Origin: an uncultured bacterium
Lineage (GTDB): Bacteria; Patescibacteriota; Minisyncoccia; Phycocordibacterales; GWA1-40-21
Direction of reading: 5' to 3'
Assembly (NCBI GenBank): GCA_963840885.1
Contig: CAWJAN010000001.1
Span: 181,356 to 245,355 of the forward strand
DNA: 64,000 nucleotides
The position numbers were made by a program, and so were the translations under genes. The notes beneath the pieces are model-generated. The model had not been told where the DNA came from. It saw only the letters and a program-made list of their open reading frames with translations, and did no database searches. Positions 51,988 to 61,066 of this stretch are shown in pieces (positions within the stretch are counted from its first letter, which is position 1; each line of letters opens with the position of its first letter).

Positions 51988-52018
51988 GCCCGGTTCATAT
52001 TATGAACCGGGCTTTTTT
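51988..52018 (+). terminator. Intrinsic terminator
   Basis: GCCCGGTTCAT-ATT-ATGAACCGGGC followed by T-run. Confidence 0.8.
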
Positions 52019-52027
52019 ATTAAATAA

Positions 52028-52573
52028 TTATTTCAAATAAAGAAGAGCGAAAATATGCCAAGTTTTTATATCACCTTTCATAGTCAAACCTTTTCCAAAA
52101 TCTTCAGAAGTAAAATATGGTTTTTTATCCAAAATGCCAAGCGCTTCTGTTTTTGAATAGAAACTCATCGTATTGGCATGAATATCAACCCATTCATCTT
52201 CAACGCCAAAAAGAGTGAAATAAATAAAGCCTCCGGTTTTAAGATTATCAAAGGCTGTTTTTACTATCCTTTTTACTTCTGATTTATCGTGAATAAACGG
52301 CAAGATATTTGACATGATGATGCCATCGAAACTCTTATCAAAATCAAATTTTTCTACGGGTTCGTTTATAAGTTCATAATCGTTATCTTTAACCTTATGA
52401 AATCTACCATCCGCAAGAGAAAGTTTTTCTTTATCTTTATCTACAAGCAAAACATGGTATCCTGATTCAAAAAAAGGTTCTGAAACCGAACCATCGCCGC
52501 AGCCCAAATCCGCTAAAAACCCGTGTTTCTTGAGCATATGTTCTTTTTGAAGTTTTTTGAATAAAGCTATCAC
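52028..52573 (-). CDS. Class I SAM-dependent methyltransferase
   Basis: DLGCGDG motif I, VD acidic motif, FDGI, LKTGG. Confidence 0.88.
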   Translation of the reverse strand: MIALFKKLQKEHMLKKHGFLADLGCGDGSVSEPFFESGYHVLLVDKDKEKLSLADGRFHKVKDNDYELINEPVEKFDFDKSFDGIIMSNILPFIHDKSEVKRIVKTAFDNLKTGGFIYFTLFGVEDEWVDIHANTMSFYSKTEALGILDKKPYFTSEDFGKGLTMKGDIKTWHIFALLYLK

Positions 52574-52591
52574 TAAAATATACTCGATTAT

Positions 52592-53347
52592 CTACAATTT
52601 TATTAGCGAATCTTTTAGCACATCGAGATGTCCCCTCCCATATACCACGAAAACATCCTTATCAGATTTTAAATTTTCCTCAATGGCTTTTAGTAAATAC
52701 TCATTTCTTAATTCTGTTCTTTTTGAAACAATCTCATTGATAATCGTATCTTTTTTTCTTGGATCAGATATTGAAGAAATAAATTTTTTATCTTCCAATT
52801 TTTGTTCGCCAAACAGTTTTTTATGCCTGCCATAAAACCAATCAGTTGTAGGGGTAAATTTATAAATATCAGAAAATTTCGTCTCTTTTTCTATGGAATT
52901 TTTTTCCAATGATTGCTCAAGAGTAAGTTTTCGTTCTGTGCGGAACCATATTAATAAGCTTTGAATTATAAATGCATAAGCTACATCTTGCGGATCAAAT
53001 AATTCACATAATTTTCTGCGCTGTTCTTCACCATTTGGTTCAGGATATATAACTTTGGCATTACCTTCATGGGCAAGACAATACGCCGCTCCGATTTCTC
53101 CGTATAAATTTATCGCCTCTTGAAAATTATTTATGCTTTTAAGATTTTGTTCGCTCTTTTTATTGCTTTCTACAATGACAACTTTGTTTTTTGAACTGTT
53201 ATTTATAAAAAATTTCCATGTATTCGATAGAAGATCAAATTGGGGATGCTTGGTATCATTAGAATGAAGAGCACCAAAAAAACATAGTGTGCTTCCATTT
53301 TCGGCATATTTAACTAATATAGAATTGAAATTATCGTTATAGGCCAT
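52592..53347 (-). CDS. TraB/GumN/Tiki-superfamily-like protein (putative metallo-hydrolase)
   Basis: FFGALH, VIVE, RNEYL, VFVVYGRGHL match the H/E/RN/GxxH layout by eye. Confidence 0.55.
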   Translation of the reverse strand: MAYNDNFNSILVKYAENGSTLCFFGALHSNDTKHPQFDLLSNTWKFFINNSSKNKVVIVESNKKSEQNLKSINNFQEAINLYGEIGAAYCLAHEGNAKVIYPEPNGEEQRRKLCELFDPQDVAYAFIIQSLLIWFRTERKLTLEQSLEKNSIEKETKFSDIYKFTPTTDWFYGRHKKLFGEQKLEDKKFISSISDPRKKDTIINEIVSKRTELRNEYLLKAIEENLKSDKDVFVVYGRGHLDVLKDSLIKL

Positions 53348-53350
53348 AAA

Positions 53351-53385
53351 AAATCGGATAGTATATAGAATATACTATCCGATTT
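53351..53385 (-). terminator. 15-bp hairpin with T-run after the precursor gene
   Basis: AAATCGGATAGTATA-TAGAA-TATACTATCCGATTT. Confidence 0.65.
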
Positions 53386-53403
53386 GGCAAGAATTCTCAA
53401 ACC

Positions 53404-53577
53404 TCACTGATCAGTGTTGTCGAGATATTCATCACCATACTGGATATCCGGATAAGTATAATCATCATACTCATCCGAACTCATCCGAGTACTTGCCGTT
53501 GGTAATGGCAACCGGTCAACACGCGAAAAAGCTCCGCGTAATGCCTTAATGCCTTTTTCTTCTGCAAGAACTGACAT
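53404..53577 (-). CDS. Putative RiPP precursor peptide, 57 aa, four YxD motifs (absent from ORF track)
   Basis: AAGGAGG RBS; MSVLAEEKGIKALRGAFSRVDRLPLPTASTRMSSDEYDDYTYPDIQYGDEYLDNTDQ; begins 44 bp after the radical SAM stop. Confidence 0.8.
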   Translation of the reverse strand: MSVLAEEKGIKALRGAFSRVDRLPLPTASTRMSSDEYDDYTYPDIQYGDEYLDNTDQ

Positions 53578-53621
53578 GCTTTCCTCCTTAATGAAATCAA
53601 AGCAAGTTTGTTGCTATATAT

Positions 53622-54707
53622 TTACACGATAGCATTCGTAACTGCCGGATGCGCTTTCAGATACTTGCTTATATGCTCATAAAATGCCAAACGGCTGCCG
53701 CAATATGCATAATGCGGAGAAATGTCGCCATCGTCGATACGGTGAGCAACGCAACCGTTATGGCAAAATGTCTGCATGGGACATAACTTGCACTTATCAG
53801 GCATTCTAAACGTTTGCTCTGAGAATACCCTGTGTTCTTGTGATTCAAGAACTTCAGCAAAAGATTTTGCCTCAGTTATTTGTCCAAAACACACAGATCT
53901 TCCTAAGCGTTCGCATGGATAAACTTTGCCATCATAATCTACGAGCATCCAACTGGAACAAGTCCCGCGAAAGGTACACAACTGAGCAGCACGGTTCCTG
54001 GTCCAAGCTAGAATTCCATCTATTTCACGCACCCGTATATCCGGACGATCAAGTGAGATCCATTCTTCAAAGATATTCTTTAAAAAATTAGTCCACGCAT
54101 CGTCACTTATAGCAAACTTATCGCGTTCAAAATCTGTAGCTGTATTGTAAAAGGCATTGAACGCAATGCTTGTAAAACCAGATTCGACTAGTCCGCGAAG
54201 CATTTCTGCTCCGCGTTCCGAATTGCGTTTTGTTACAACACAGATAACTGATGGTTTTATTCCTGACTCACGAAGAATTCTTACGCCGTTCATTACTCTT
54301 GAATATGAACCGTGACCATAAAAACTTACCCTGTCAGCATCGTGCGTTTGGGAAATTCCATCAACACTAACACCAACCTTGAAATCATTGGAAAGTAAGA
54401 AATCAGCCCATTCGCGATTTATAAGTGTCGCATTAGTCTGAATCGTATTTTTCCACTGCTTATCTGGATGTTTTCTTTGAAGCTGAATCACTTCTTTGAA
54501 AAAATCTAGGCCGGCTAACGTTGGTTCTCCGCCAAGCCAATGCATTCGTTGGATTTTCTGTGGCAACTGTGCCAAAGAATTTATGAGTGCTTTAAGAATT
54601 TCATAAGGCATAATGCGTTTACTGCCCTGATCAAAATCACGATCACGGCAATATGTACATCGAAGATTACAAAAATCTCCAACTATTTTAGCTTGAATTG
54701 CTGGCAT
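53622..54707 (-). CDS. Radical SAM/SPASM enzyme (anSME-like), likely peptide maturase
   Basis: CNLRCTYC, GGEP, QTN, SVDG; SPASM CTFRGTC...DGKVYPC...CKLC.....CHNGC..HR...YC. Confidence 0.9.
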   Translation of the reverse strand: MPAIQAKIVGDFCNLRCTYCRDRDFDQGSKRIMPYEILKALINSLAQLPQKIQRMHWLGGEPTLAGLDFFKEVIQLQRKHPDKQWKNTIQTNATLINREWADFLLSNDFKVGVSVDGISQTHDADRVSFYGHGSYSRVMNGVRILRESGIKPSVICVVTKRNSERGAEMLRGLVESGFTSIAFNAFYNTATDFERDKFAISDDAWTNFLKNIFEEWISLDRPDIRVREIDGILAWTRNRAAQLCTFRGTCSSWMLVDYDGKVYPCERLGRSVCFGQITEAKSFAEVLESQEHRVFSEQTFRMPDKCKLCPMQTFCHNGCVAHRIDDGDISPHYAYCGSRLAFYEHISKYLKAHPAVTNAIV

Positions 54708-54806
54708 TTTAGTTCACCACCTTTCATTATTTAAAAGAACTTAGGAAAAAACTCTTTGGATGTGCCTAAATATTCAAGCTTACCGAAAGAGTTATTTTCT
54801 GATTCA

Positions 54807-54834
54807 ATTTTAACAATCAATTTAATCTTGTCAA
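54807..54834 (-). promoter_or_regulatory. Sigma70-type promoter of the radical SAM operon
   Basis: TTGACA-16 nt-TAAAAT with extended -10 TG. Confidence 0.6.
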
Positions 54835-54876
54835 ACCGTGGTTCAAAAACCCTTTATTTATGGCCCTAAAATTGGC

Positions 54877-54918
54877 TTATCCACAGGGATTTGACTTTTT
54901 ATTATTTAATAGTATAAT
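54877..54918 (+). promoter_or_regulatory. DnaA-box consensus followed by a sigma70 promoter for lipoprotein B
   Basis: TTATCCACA at 54877-54885, then TTGACT...TATAAT. Confidence 0.5.
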
Positions 54919-55008
54919 ATTGACAAGGCTAAAGAGTTGTTCTTTAGTTAAGTTGTACCTTCAAAACTTAATACTACGACTACAAATAAATTTCCGAGGA
55001 GGAAAATT

Positions 55009-55764
55009 ATGAAGAGAATTATGCTTTTGCTGCTTCTGATTCTCCCGGTTGTCTTTCTTTCCGCCTCGTGCGCTCAGAAAGATAATCCGGCTGGACCAGG
55101 TCCGAGTAATACGCCGACGGCAACGCCGGTGGTAAGTGCAACGCCAAGCGTTTCAGCCACTGCTACGCCCACCACTACGGTGACGTACAGTGTCCGAGTT
55201 CAGATGAGCGGTGATTTCACCGCTGCTGGTGGAATTGATGTGAATTCCTTAGATGGGATACATCATTTTTCCACTTCGCCGTTTTCCTACGATGCGACCT
55301 TTACAAGGGTCTATTCAGCGGCAACGACGCTCCATCTGTCTTGTGATACCACTGATGGGACATATACCATGAACAATGCCGTGATAACGGTATCGTTCAA
55401 TGGAGTAGAGTGGGCACCCACTTTACCCTACGTCCTGACAAATGGTAATTACCTCGGTTTAGAAGGTCCTATCCCAGCAAGCTTGACGGTAGTCAATACC
55501 GGCTCGCCTGTCGATGTCTATTACACGGATACTGGGTCTTCAGGAACTTCTTGGTGGTTAGCAAACGGCTGGACCATGGGTGTCGTTACCGCTGGTCCTG
55601 TTACGTCTCCGACGTATCAGTTCTATAGCGGAGATATGGCACGTCTGGTGACGTGCACCGGCGGTGGCGGATGCAATGATACCGCAACCATTTATGCCGG
55701 AGGCTCCCCAGTAACAACCAACACCTACCTTTACGGAAATGATATCAGTTATACCATTCCGTAA
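55009..55764 (+). CDS. Lipoprotein with Pro/Thr linker (paralog B)
   Basis: Lipobox-like SASC, NPAGPG, TP repeats, motifs shared with 50983-51972; GAGGAGG RBS. Confidence 0.75.
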   Translation: MKRIMLLLLLILPVVFLSASCAQKDNPAGPGPSNTPTATPVVSATPSVSATATPTTTVTYSVRVQMSGDFTAAGGIDVNSLDGIHHFSTSPFSYDATFTRVYSAATTLHLSCDTTDGTYTMNNAVITVSFNGVEWAPTLPYVLTNGNYLGLEGPIPASLTVVNTGSPVDVYYTDTGSSGTSWWLANGWTMGVVTAGPVTSPTYQFYSGDMARLVTCTGGGGCNDTATIYAGGSPVTTNTYLYGNDISYTIP

Positions 55765-55794
55765 AAATAAAAGTCGTAAGTTTTAGTTTCAAAA

Positions 55795-55829
55795 AGGCCC
55801 TGTATCGAAAGATACAGGGCCTATTTTTT
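55795..55829. terminator. Intrinsic terminator
   Basis: AGGCCCTGTATC-GAAA-GATACAGGGCCT with A/T flanks. Confidence 0.8.
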
Positions 55830-55834
55830 ATATT

Positions 55835-56467
55835 TTAATTCACAATGTAAGGATTGTTCGAGTAGTTGTATATATAATCCTCGAGGTTTATGTAGTTTTG
55901 TGATGGATTGATTCCCCATTCTACTCTTATACGCACCAGGGCTTCCCCTGGAGTTGTGGTAGTAGAAATATTCAGATATCGGTTAAAACCTGATGGTATT
56001 CCTTGTGATAAATTATAATTTACAAAATTTCCTTGCGGATCATTTGTTATTCTTAATGTATGGGCAATCTGAGTTTTATTGATGGCATTAGAAAGATTTA
56101 ACTGAGTTGTATCTATATTGCAAGATTTTTTTCTTGTCTGAATATTTACCGTATCTAAACTACATGCACTCTCGTTTCCAACACAAAAACAAGAATAGCC
56201 GTCACCGCTATCAGCAAACGGCCAGAGCCAAAACGTATTAGTCGTAGCATTCGAAAGCGCCACTTCATCGCGGATATTTTTTACCGCTTCCATGGCATCC
56301 TGCGCCATGTATGCGGCAATCATCTGGTCTGTGGACTGCGTGGCCGACTGAGTTCCCCTCTGCGCCAAGCTCATAGGCCCGGCGATGGCGACCATAAGAA
56401 TGGAAATCGCCACAAGCGCTTCTACAAGCGTGAATCCTTTTATTTTTTTGCTGAATGTTTTTTTCAT
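55835..56467 (-). CDS. Minor pilin (PilV-like)
   Basis: KGFTLVEALVAI prepilin motif; start placed at MKKTF. Confidence 0.85.
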   Translation of the reverse strand: MKKTFSKKIKGFTLVEALVAISILMVAIAGPMSLAQRGTQSATQSTDQMIAAYMAQDAMEAVKNIRDEVALSNATTNTFWLWPFADSGDGYSCFCVGNESACSLDTVNIQTRKKSCNIDTTQLNLSNAINKTQIAHTLRITNDPQGNFVNYNLSQGIPSGFNRYLNISTTTTPGEALVRIRVEWGINPSQNYINLEDYIYNYSNNPYIVN

Positions 56468-56492
56468 AATAAAATTTATTAAATGCTGGGGT

Positions 56493-57131
56493 TTATCTCG
56501 ATCTCTGAGAAATCGTCGTCTGAAGGGCAAAGGTGACATTTCCGATTTTGGACTCGACGGAACCCTGAAGCGTTATCAAGACTCTCGGCTGTGTGCCGGC
56601 ATCAATGGAAGGATCAGAATTATAAACATAAAACTTCATGCTGGTTATGTTCACCGTCGATGTCGGAGCGGTCAGGCTCTGCCATGCTCCTGTCTGAGCG
56701 CAATTGAAATTGCTTTTCGTGGCATCGCACATCTGTATATTGCCGTCGCCCGCTGAAAGCATCGAGGATGGAACGAATTTGTAATATATAACATCTCCGG
56801 GAACCAGATTGCCGAGCGCATCCAAAGACGGAGTCGCCGTGTATACGATGCCTGTTCCGCCACTTGTGCAATCGGTATTTTGAGTGAAAGAATTGCTGTC
56901 CGCGGAACATCCATAATGCGTGCCTGTCCTCATATCCCTTGAAATGCTGTCTAATGCGAAGGAAACATTGTCCACGACAGTCTTTATAGCTTCATTTTTT
57001 TTATTGGTATTTATAACCGTAAACAAAGCACCTACGGAAATGACCATGACAGACATGAAAACAGCGATGGCGACAAGCATCTCTACAAGAGTAAAACCTT
57101 TATTCTTTTTTATGAAACTATCTTTGAACAT
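56493..57131 (-). CDS. Minor pilin (PilW-like)
   Basis: KGFTLVEMLVAI, ISRDMR. Confidence 0.85.
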   Translation of the reverse strand: MFKDSFIKKNKGFTLVEMLVAIAVFMSVMVISVGALFTVINTNKKNEAIKTVVDNVSFALDSISRDMRTGTHYGCSADSNSFTQNTDCTSGGTGIVYTATPSLDALGNLVPGDVIYYKFVPSSMLSAGDGNIQMCDATKSNFNCAQTGAWQSLTAPTSTVNITSMKFYVYNSDPSIDAGTQPRVLITLQGSVESKIGNVTFALQTTISQRSR

Positions 57132-57774
57132 AAATTTGTCCGAGTCCCGTTACCACAATGCTTGATGTCGCACCATCAGCGGAAGAAACAGTAATTTTTG
57201 CATAATTTTGGGCTTTTGTCGTGTTGCCGCCGGCATCCGTATATATAAGGGCGTTCGGAGAAGGCCTTTTGAAAATTATATATAAATCGTTTGCCGGCCC
57301 GAGAATATTGTTCTTGCAATCCGTTTCATTATCCCCTACGCATATCTGTGATATGAAAAAACCGTTTTTTACATTGTATTTTTGGATGCATTGCAAATCG
57401 TTTATCGTGCATTGGAACGAGGTGTTGTTATTTGAGATATCAAAATACGGCCAAGCGGTTATCGTATCGGGAACGGAAAAAACCATGAAGCTGTCATTGC
57501 CAAGATTGGACGGGCTGAAATATACTCCATACGAAGGGAAAGATGATGTGTGTATGGATTCCTGCACTCCAGATCCGTATACTTGTGTCTGCCTGATGGT
57601 CAAAGACATATCATATACGAGATTATTTAGAAGTATGGAATTATTGAATCCGCCTTGCGTAAAAAGCACAACCGTAGTGAGTAAAACGAAAATGACTATG
57701 GTTACCATGAGCTCTATGAGTGTAAATCCCTTTTTCAATCCGGCTCTTTTTTTATTTTTTAGAAAATGTTTCAT
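57118..57774 (-). CDS. Minor pilin (FimT/GspH-like)
   Basis: KGFTLIELMVTI, YGVYF, I.F..P, C-terminal GQI. Confidence 0.85.
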   Translation of the reverse strand: MKHFLKNKKRAGLKKGFTLIELMVTIVIFVLLTTVVLFTQGGFNNSILLNNLVYDMSLTIRQTQVYGSGVQESIHTSSFPSYGVYFSPSNLGNDSFMVFSVPDTITAWPYFDISNNNTSFQCTINDLQCIQKYNVKNGFFISQICVGDNETDCKNNILGPANDLYIIFKRPSPNALIYTDAGGNTTKAQNYAKITVSSADGATSSIVVTGLGQIYVQR

Positions 57775-57784
57775 ACAAAAATTT

Positions 57785-58573
57785 TTAAAAACCTATGAGG
57801 CTTCCGAGATTCCATCCTGTGATTATCTGGAGCAAGACCCCGAGAGCTATGAACGGAGCAAAAGGTATCTCGCTCTTAATCGTGATATGATGGCGCTTCA
57901 GAATTTTAAGCTTCTCAAACGCAATCAGGATAAGGCTCCATATGGCACCTATCCAGAAAGCGGAGATTATAGCAAAAATTCCGCCGGAAAATCCCAGCAT
58001 CCATCCGACTCCGAGAGCAAGCTTTGCGTCGCCGAAGCCCATCCATCTGCCTTCCGACACGAGCCATAATGCCCCGAAAAAAGCGAATAGGATTATTCCT
58101 CCAAGAAAATCCATGCCGGCCTGGCCGGAAAAAATATTCAGGAATCCGTAGCTGAAGAATATTATAAGGGCGGCAATGGCATTGAAAGGATAAACGAATC
58201 CGTCAGGAATTATCTTGTGTCCCAAATCGTATGCGGTTATGACTATGAGTAATGATGCTGCCAAAAGATAAAGTATGAGTATCCAAGAAAATCCTATCTG
58301 CCAGAAAAGCGCCGCGTATGAAAGGCCGGTAAAAAACTCAATCCAGAAATATTGGGCGGATATCTTGCTATTGCAGTTCAGGCATCTTCCTTTCAAAAAA
58401 ATAAAGCTCCACAGAGGCACAAGCTCATACCAAAAAAGGTGCTTGCCGCAGCTCAGGCATTTTGACCTGCCGCTCATGAAAGACATGTTCGTGTTGTAGC
58501 GGAAAACGACTACATTTAAGAAGCTTCCTATTATGGTGCCGAATATGAAAAAAATTATAATGTTGAACAGCAT
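57785..58573 (-). CDS. pilD: Prepilin peptidase (A24)
   Basis: GSFLNV, RSKCLSC, GRCLNC, MGFGD.KL, PFAPF. Confidence 0.93.
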   Translation of the reverse strand: MLFNIIIFFIFGTIIGSFLNVVVFRYNTNMSFMSGRSKCLSCGKHLFWYELVPLWSFIFLKGRCLNCNSKISAQYFWIEFFTGLSYAALFWQIGFSWILILYLLAASLLIVITAYDLGHKIIPDGFVYPFNAIAALIIFFSYGFLNIFSGQAGMDFLGGIILFAFFGALWLVSEGRWMGFGDAKLALGVGWMLGFSGGIFAIISAFWIGAIWSLILIAFEKLKILKRHHITIKSEIPFAPFIALGVLLQIITGWNLGSLIGF

Positions 58574-58580
58574 TTTTATT

Positions 58581-59102
58581 TTACAAAGGCATTACATCGT
58601 AAATCTTCGGATTGGAAGACGCGTCGACTCTCTGGCTTTCATCGGCTCCGGAGCACTCCAGAAAATTCGTTCCTCCGTCATCAGTTGAAGTTATGCCTGT
58701 GGAATCCAGGCCTTTTTTCTGCAAAAGAATCTGGTTGTTTGTTTCGAGCGTAGTCCAGAGCTGATAAAAAGTGCAATATGTGTTAAAAGACGATGAGCTG
58801 TCTTTTGCCACAAGCGGAAAATATCCGTACGGACTTTGGGTGGACGGATCGGCAGGAACGGACGGCAAAAATCCAGCGGTAACCAAATCTTGCAAAGCCG
58901 GAGGATACTGGTGATTCTTATTGTAATACTCTTCAAGGGAAAGCTTGATGAGGCTTATGTCGGATATTCTGGTGCTATCCCTTCCCTGCGCCTTCGAAGC
59001 GTCAAAAGCGGAATAGGTAATGGTAGTGAGTATGCCTATGATTGCAACTACGACCAGAATCTCTATCAAAGTGAAGCCTTTTTGTTTTTTAAAACGCAAC
59101 AT
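58581..59102 (-). CDS. Type IV pilin (GspG-like)
   Basis: GFTLIEILVVVAIIGIL, RD..R, YP..L..L, P.DP. Confidence 0.88.
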   Translation of the reverse strand: MLRFKKQKGFTLIEILVVVAIIGILTTITYSAFDASKAQGRDSTRISDISLIKLSLEEYYNKNHQYPPALQDLVTAGFLPSVPADPSTQSPYGYFPLVAKDSSSSFNTYCTFYQLWTTLETNNQILLQKKGLDSTGITSTDDGGTNFLECSGADESQRVDASSNPKIYDVMPL

Positions 59103-59184
59103 TATTCTTTGATTATACCAATCATTGCCATAAAAAACAAAAACCCCTTGCGGGGCTTTTGTTAATAAAATCCGTTAAGAGATT

Positions 59185-59598
59185 CTATTGGCAATCAGTC
59201 GATGAGGCAACATTGGCTGTTGTGCCTTTTGAAGCACCTGAGCTTCCAGCACACCAGTATGTGTCGCTTCCTTCGGCAACCTTGAGAGGCGCTGAAGCTG
59301 ACCAATCATTTGCGGTAGCAATACACATGCCTGCACCACCTCCTGTTGAAGTGGCATTTGCAAACATATTTGCAAATGTCGTATCACCGCACAAGCCTGT
59401 ATAGCTGTTTGGTGTTTGGCTGCTGTAATACAATTCTCCTTGGGCTCTCATAGAGGCCAATTCTGATTTGACTGCAGCATTTGCACCCTTTGCTCTTGCG
59501 GAGTTAAGCGATGCCAAGACCACCGATGAAAGAATACCGATGATGGCGATAACCACCAAAAGTTCGATCAATGTAAAACCTTTTTGATATTTTCTCAT
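59185..59598 (-). CDS. pilA: Probable major type IV pilin
   Basis: GFTLIELLVVIAIIGILSSVVLASLNSAR; own promoter, long leader and terminator. Confidence 0.8.
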   Translation of the reverse strand: MRKYQKGFTLIELLVVIAIIGILSSVVLASLNSARAKGANAAVKSELASMRAQGELYYSSQTPNSYTGLCGDTTFANMFANATSTGGGAGMCIATANDWSASAPLKVAEGSDTYWCAGSSGASKGTTANVASSTDCQ

Positions 59599-59837
59599 AA
59601 AGTGTTTAATTCCTATCGATAAAAATTAACTTTGATAAACGCTTTTTCAAAACCAATCCGCTTGCTCAAGGCGGATAAAATTTGAAAAACTGATTTTTCG
59701 CGAAAAATCAGAAAGCTTGCCTGTAATTATAGCGTATATTTTTTCAAAAATGAAAAGCTGTCATGTGGATAAGAGAAAATGCGGCGCCGTAAGGCGCCGC
59801 ATTTTTACTTTCTACTCAGAACTTTATTAACTTAATC

Positions 59838-61046
59838 TTATGCTCCTGCCGATATGGAATAAATAGGAACGAGAACGGCAGCCATGAGGAAAGCCACACC
59901 AAGACCTAAGATCACTATCATTGAAGGTTCGATAAGGCCGACTATGGAATCTATGGAGTTGGTGACTTCCCTGTTATAAAAACTTGCGAGAGTCTTGAGG
60001 ATATTGCCGAGCTGTCCTGTTTCTTCGCCTATCTTCACCATCTGCACGAATATTCCCGGAATCTCTTTGTGCTTGCCGAGAGCTTCGGAAACGGAACTTC
60101 CGGATTTAACATCCTCTTCAGTTCTCTGCATGATTGATTTGAAAACGCTGTTTCCTACGATGCTTGAAGTTATGTCGAGAACTCTGACCATAGGTATTCC
60201 GGAGACGATCATAGTATTCATATTATCGGCTATTCTTGCCAGATACAATTTCAGATATAAATCTTTTACCAAAGGGACGCTGATTTTAGCTTCATCATAA
60301 GACATCTTTCCGGCATTGGTTTTCAGATATCTCCAAAGGAAAAAACCGGCGATTACGAGAGCTATCAGAAGTATGATTCCGTAATTGACAAAAAAACTTG
60401 AAATACCGAGAACCACCTGCGTATAAAACGGTATAGCCTGGCCGGATTGGGTAAGAATATCGCTTATCTTAGGTATTACGAAAGTAAGCATAAGAATCAT
60501 GACTACGATAAAAGTGCATACGACAAATGCGGGATAGATAAGTGCTGTTTCCACTTTTGATGTTACTTCGTAAGTCCTGTCGAGATAATCGGCCAGATAC
60601 ATGAATGTCTGGTCGAGCTTTCCCGATTCTTCTCCGGATTTGACCATGTTTATATAGAAATCAGAAAATGCTTCCGGATGCTTTGATAGCGCCGTGGAGA
60701 TGGGGGTTCCTCCTTGAAGATCGTCGGCTACTTCTTTGAGTATTCTTCGCAAAATCGGCTTTTCCGACTGCGCGGCAAGAAGCTGAAAAACTCTTAGAGC
60801 AGAAACCTGGGCTTCAAAAAGGGTGGAAATCTGTCTTGAAAGTATGACTACGTCCTTGTTTGAAACTCTGTCAAAAAAAGTTATGTTCTTTGACAAAAGC
60901 GATCCAGATTCTTCTTCCGGCTTTATAGTGACTATGGACAAGCCTCTTTTCTGCAAAGCGCTTATGGCCAAGTCAATATTCACTGCATCAACCGTCCCTT
61001 CTTTTGAAGCGCCTGTCTGATCCAATGCTTTGTATCTAAAAGTCAT
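59838..61046 (-). CDS. pilC: Type IV pilus platform protein PilC (GspF family)
   Basis: GEESGKLD, ALIYP, GEETGQL, LIEP. Confidence 0.93.
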   Translation of the reverse strand: MTFRYKALDQTGASKEGTVDAVNIDLAISALQKRGLSIVTIKPEEESGSLLSKNITFFDRVSNKDVVILSRQISTLFEAQVSALRVFQLLAAQSEKPILRRILKEVADDLQGGTPISTALSKHPEAFSDFYINMVKSGEESGKLDQTFMYLADYLDRTYEVTSKVETALIYPAFVVCTFIVVMILMLTFVIPKISDILTQSGQAIPFYTQVVLGISSFFVNYGIILLIALVIAGFFLWRYLKTNAGKMSYDEAKISVPLVKDLYLKLYLARIADNMNTMIVSGIPMVRVLDITSSIVGNSVFKSIMQRTEEDVKSGSSVSEALGKHKEIPGIFVQMVKIGEETGQLGNILKTLASFYNREVTNSIDSIVGLIEPSMIVILGLGVAFLMAAVLVPIYSISAGA

Positions 61047-61066
61047 ATTTTTATTTTAATCTTAAT

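Noticed and set aside
54877-54885. Replication origin
   Set aside because: Single isolated DnaA box with no cluster and no dnaA/dnaN nearby.
59599-59730. c-di-GMP riboswitch before the pilin (a GGDEF gene is present in the window)
   Set aside because: The GAAA tetraloop/receptor and GCAAA consensus elements are not in the required arrangement.
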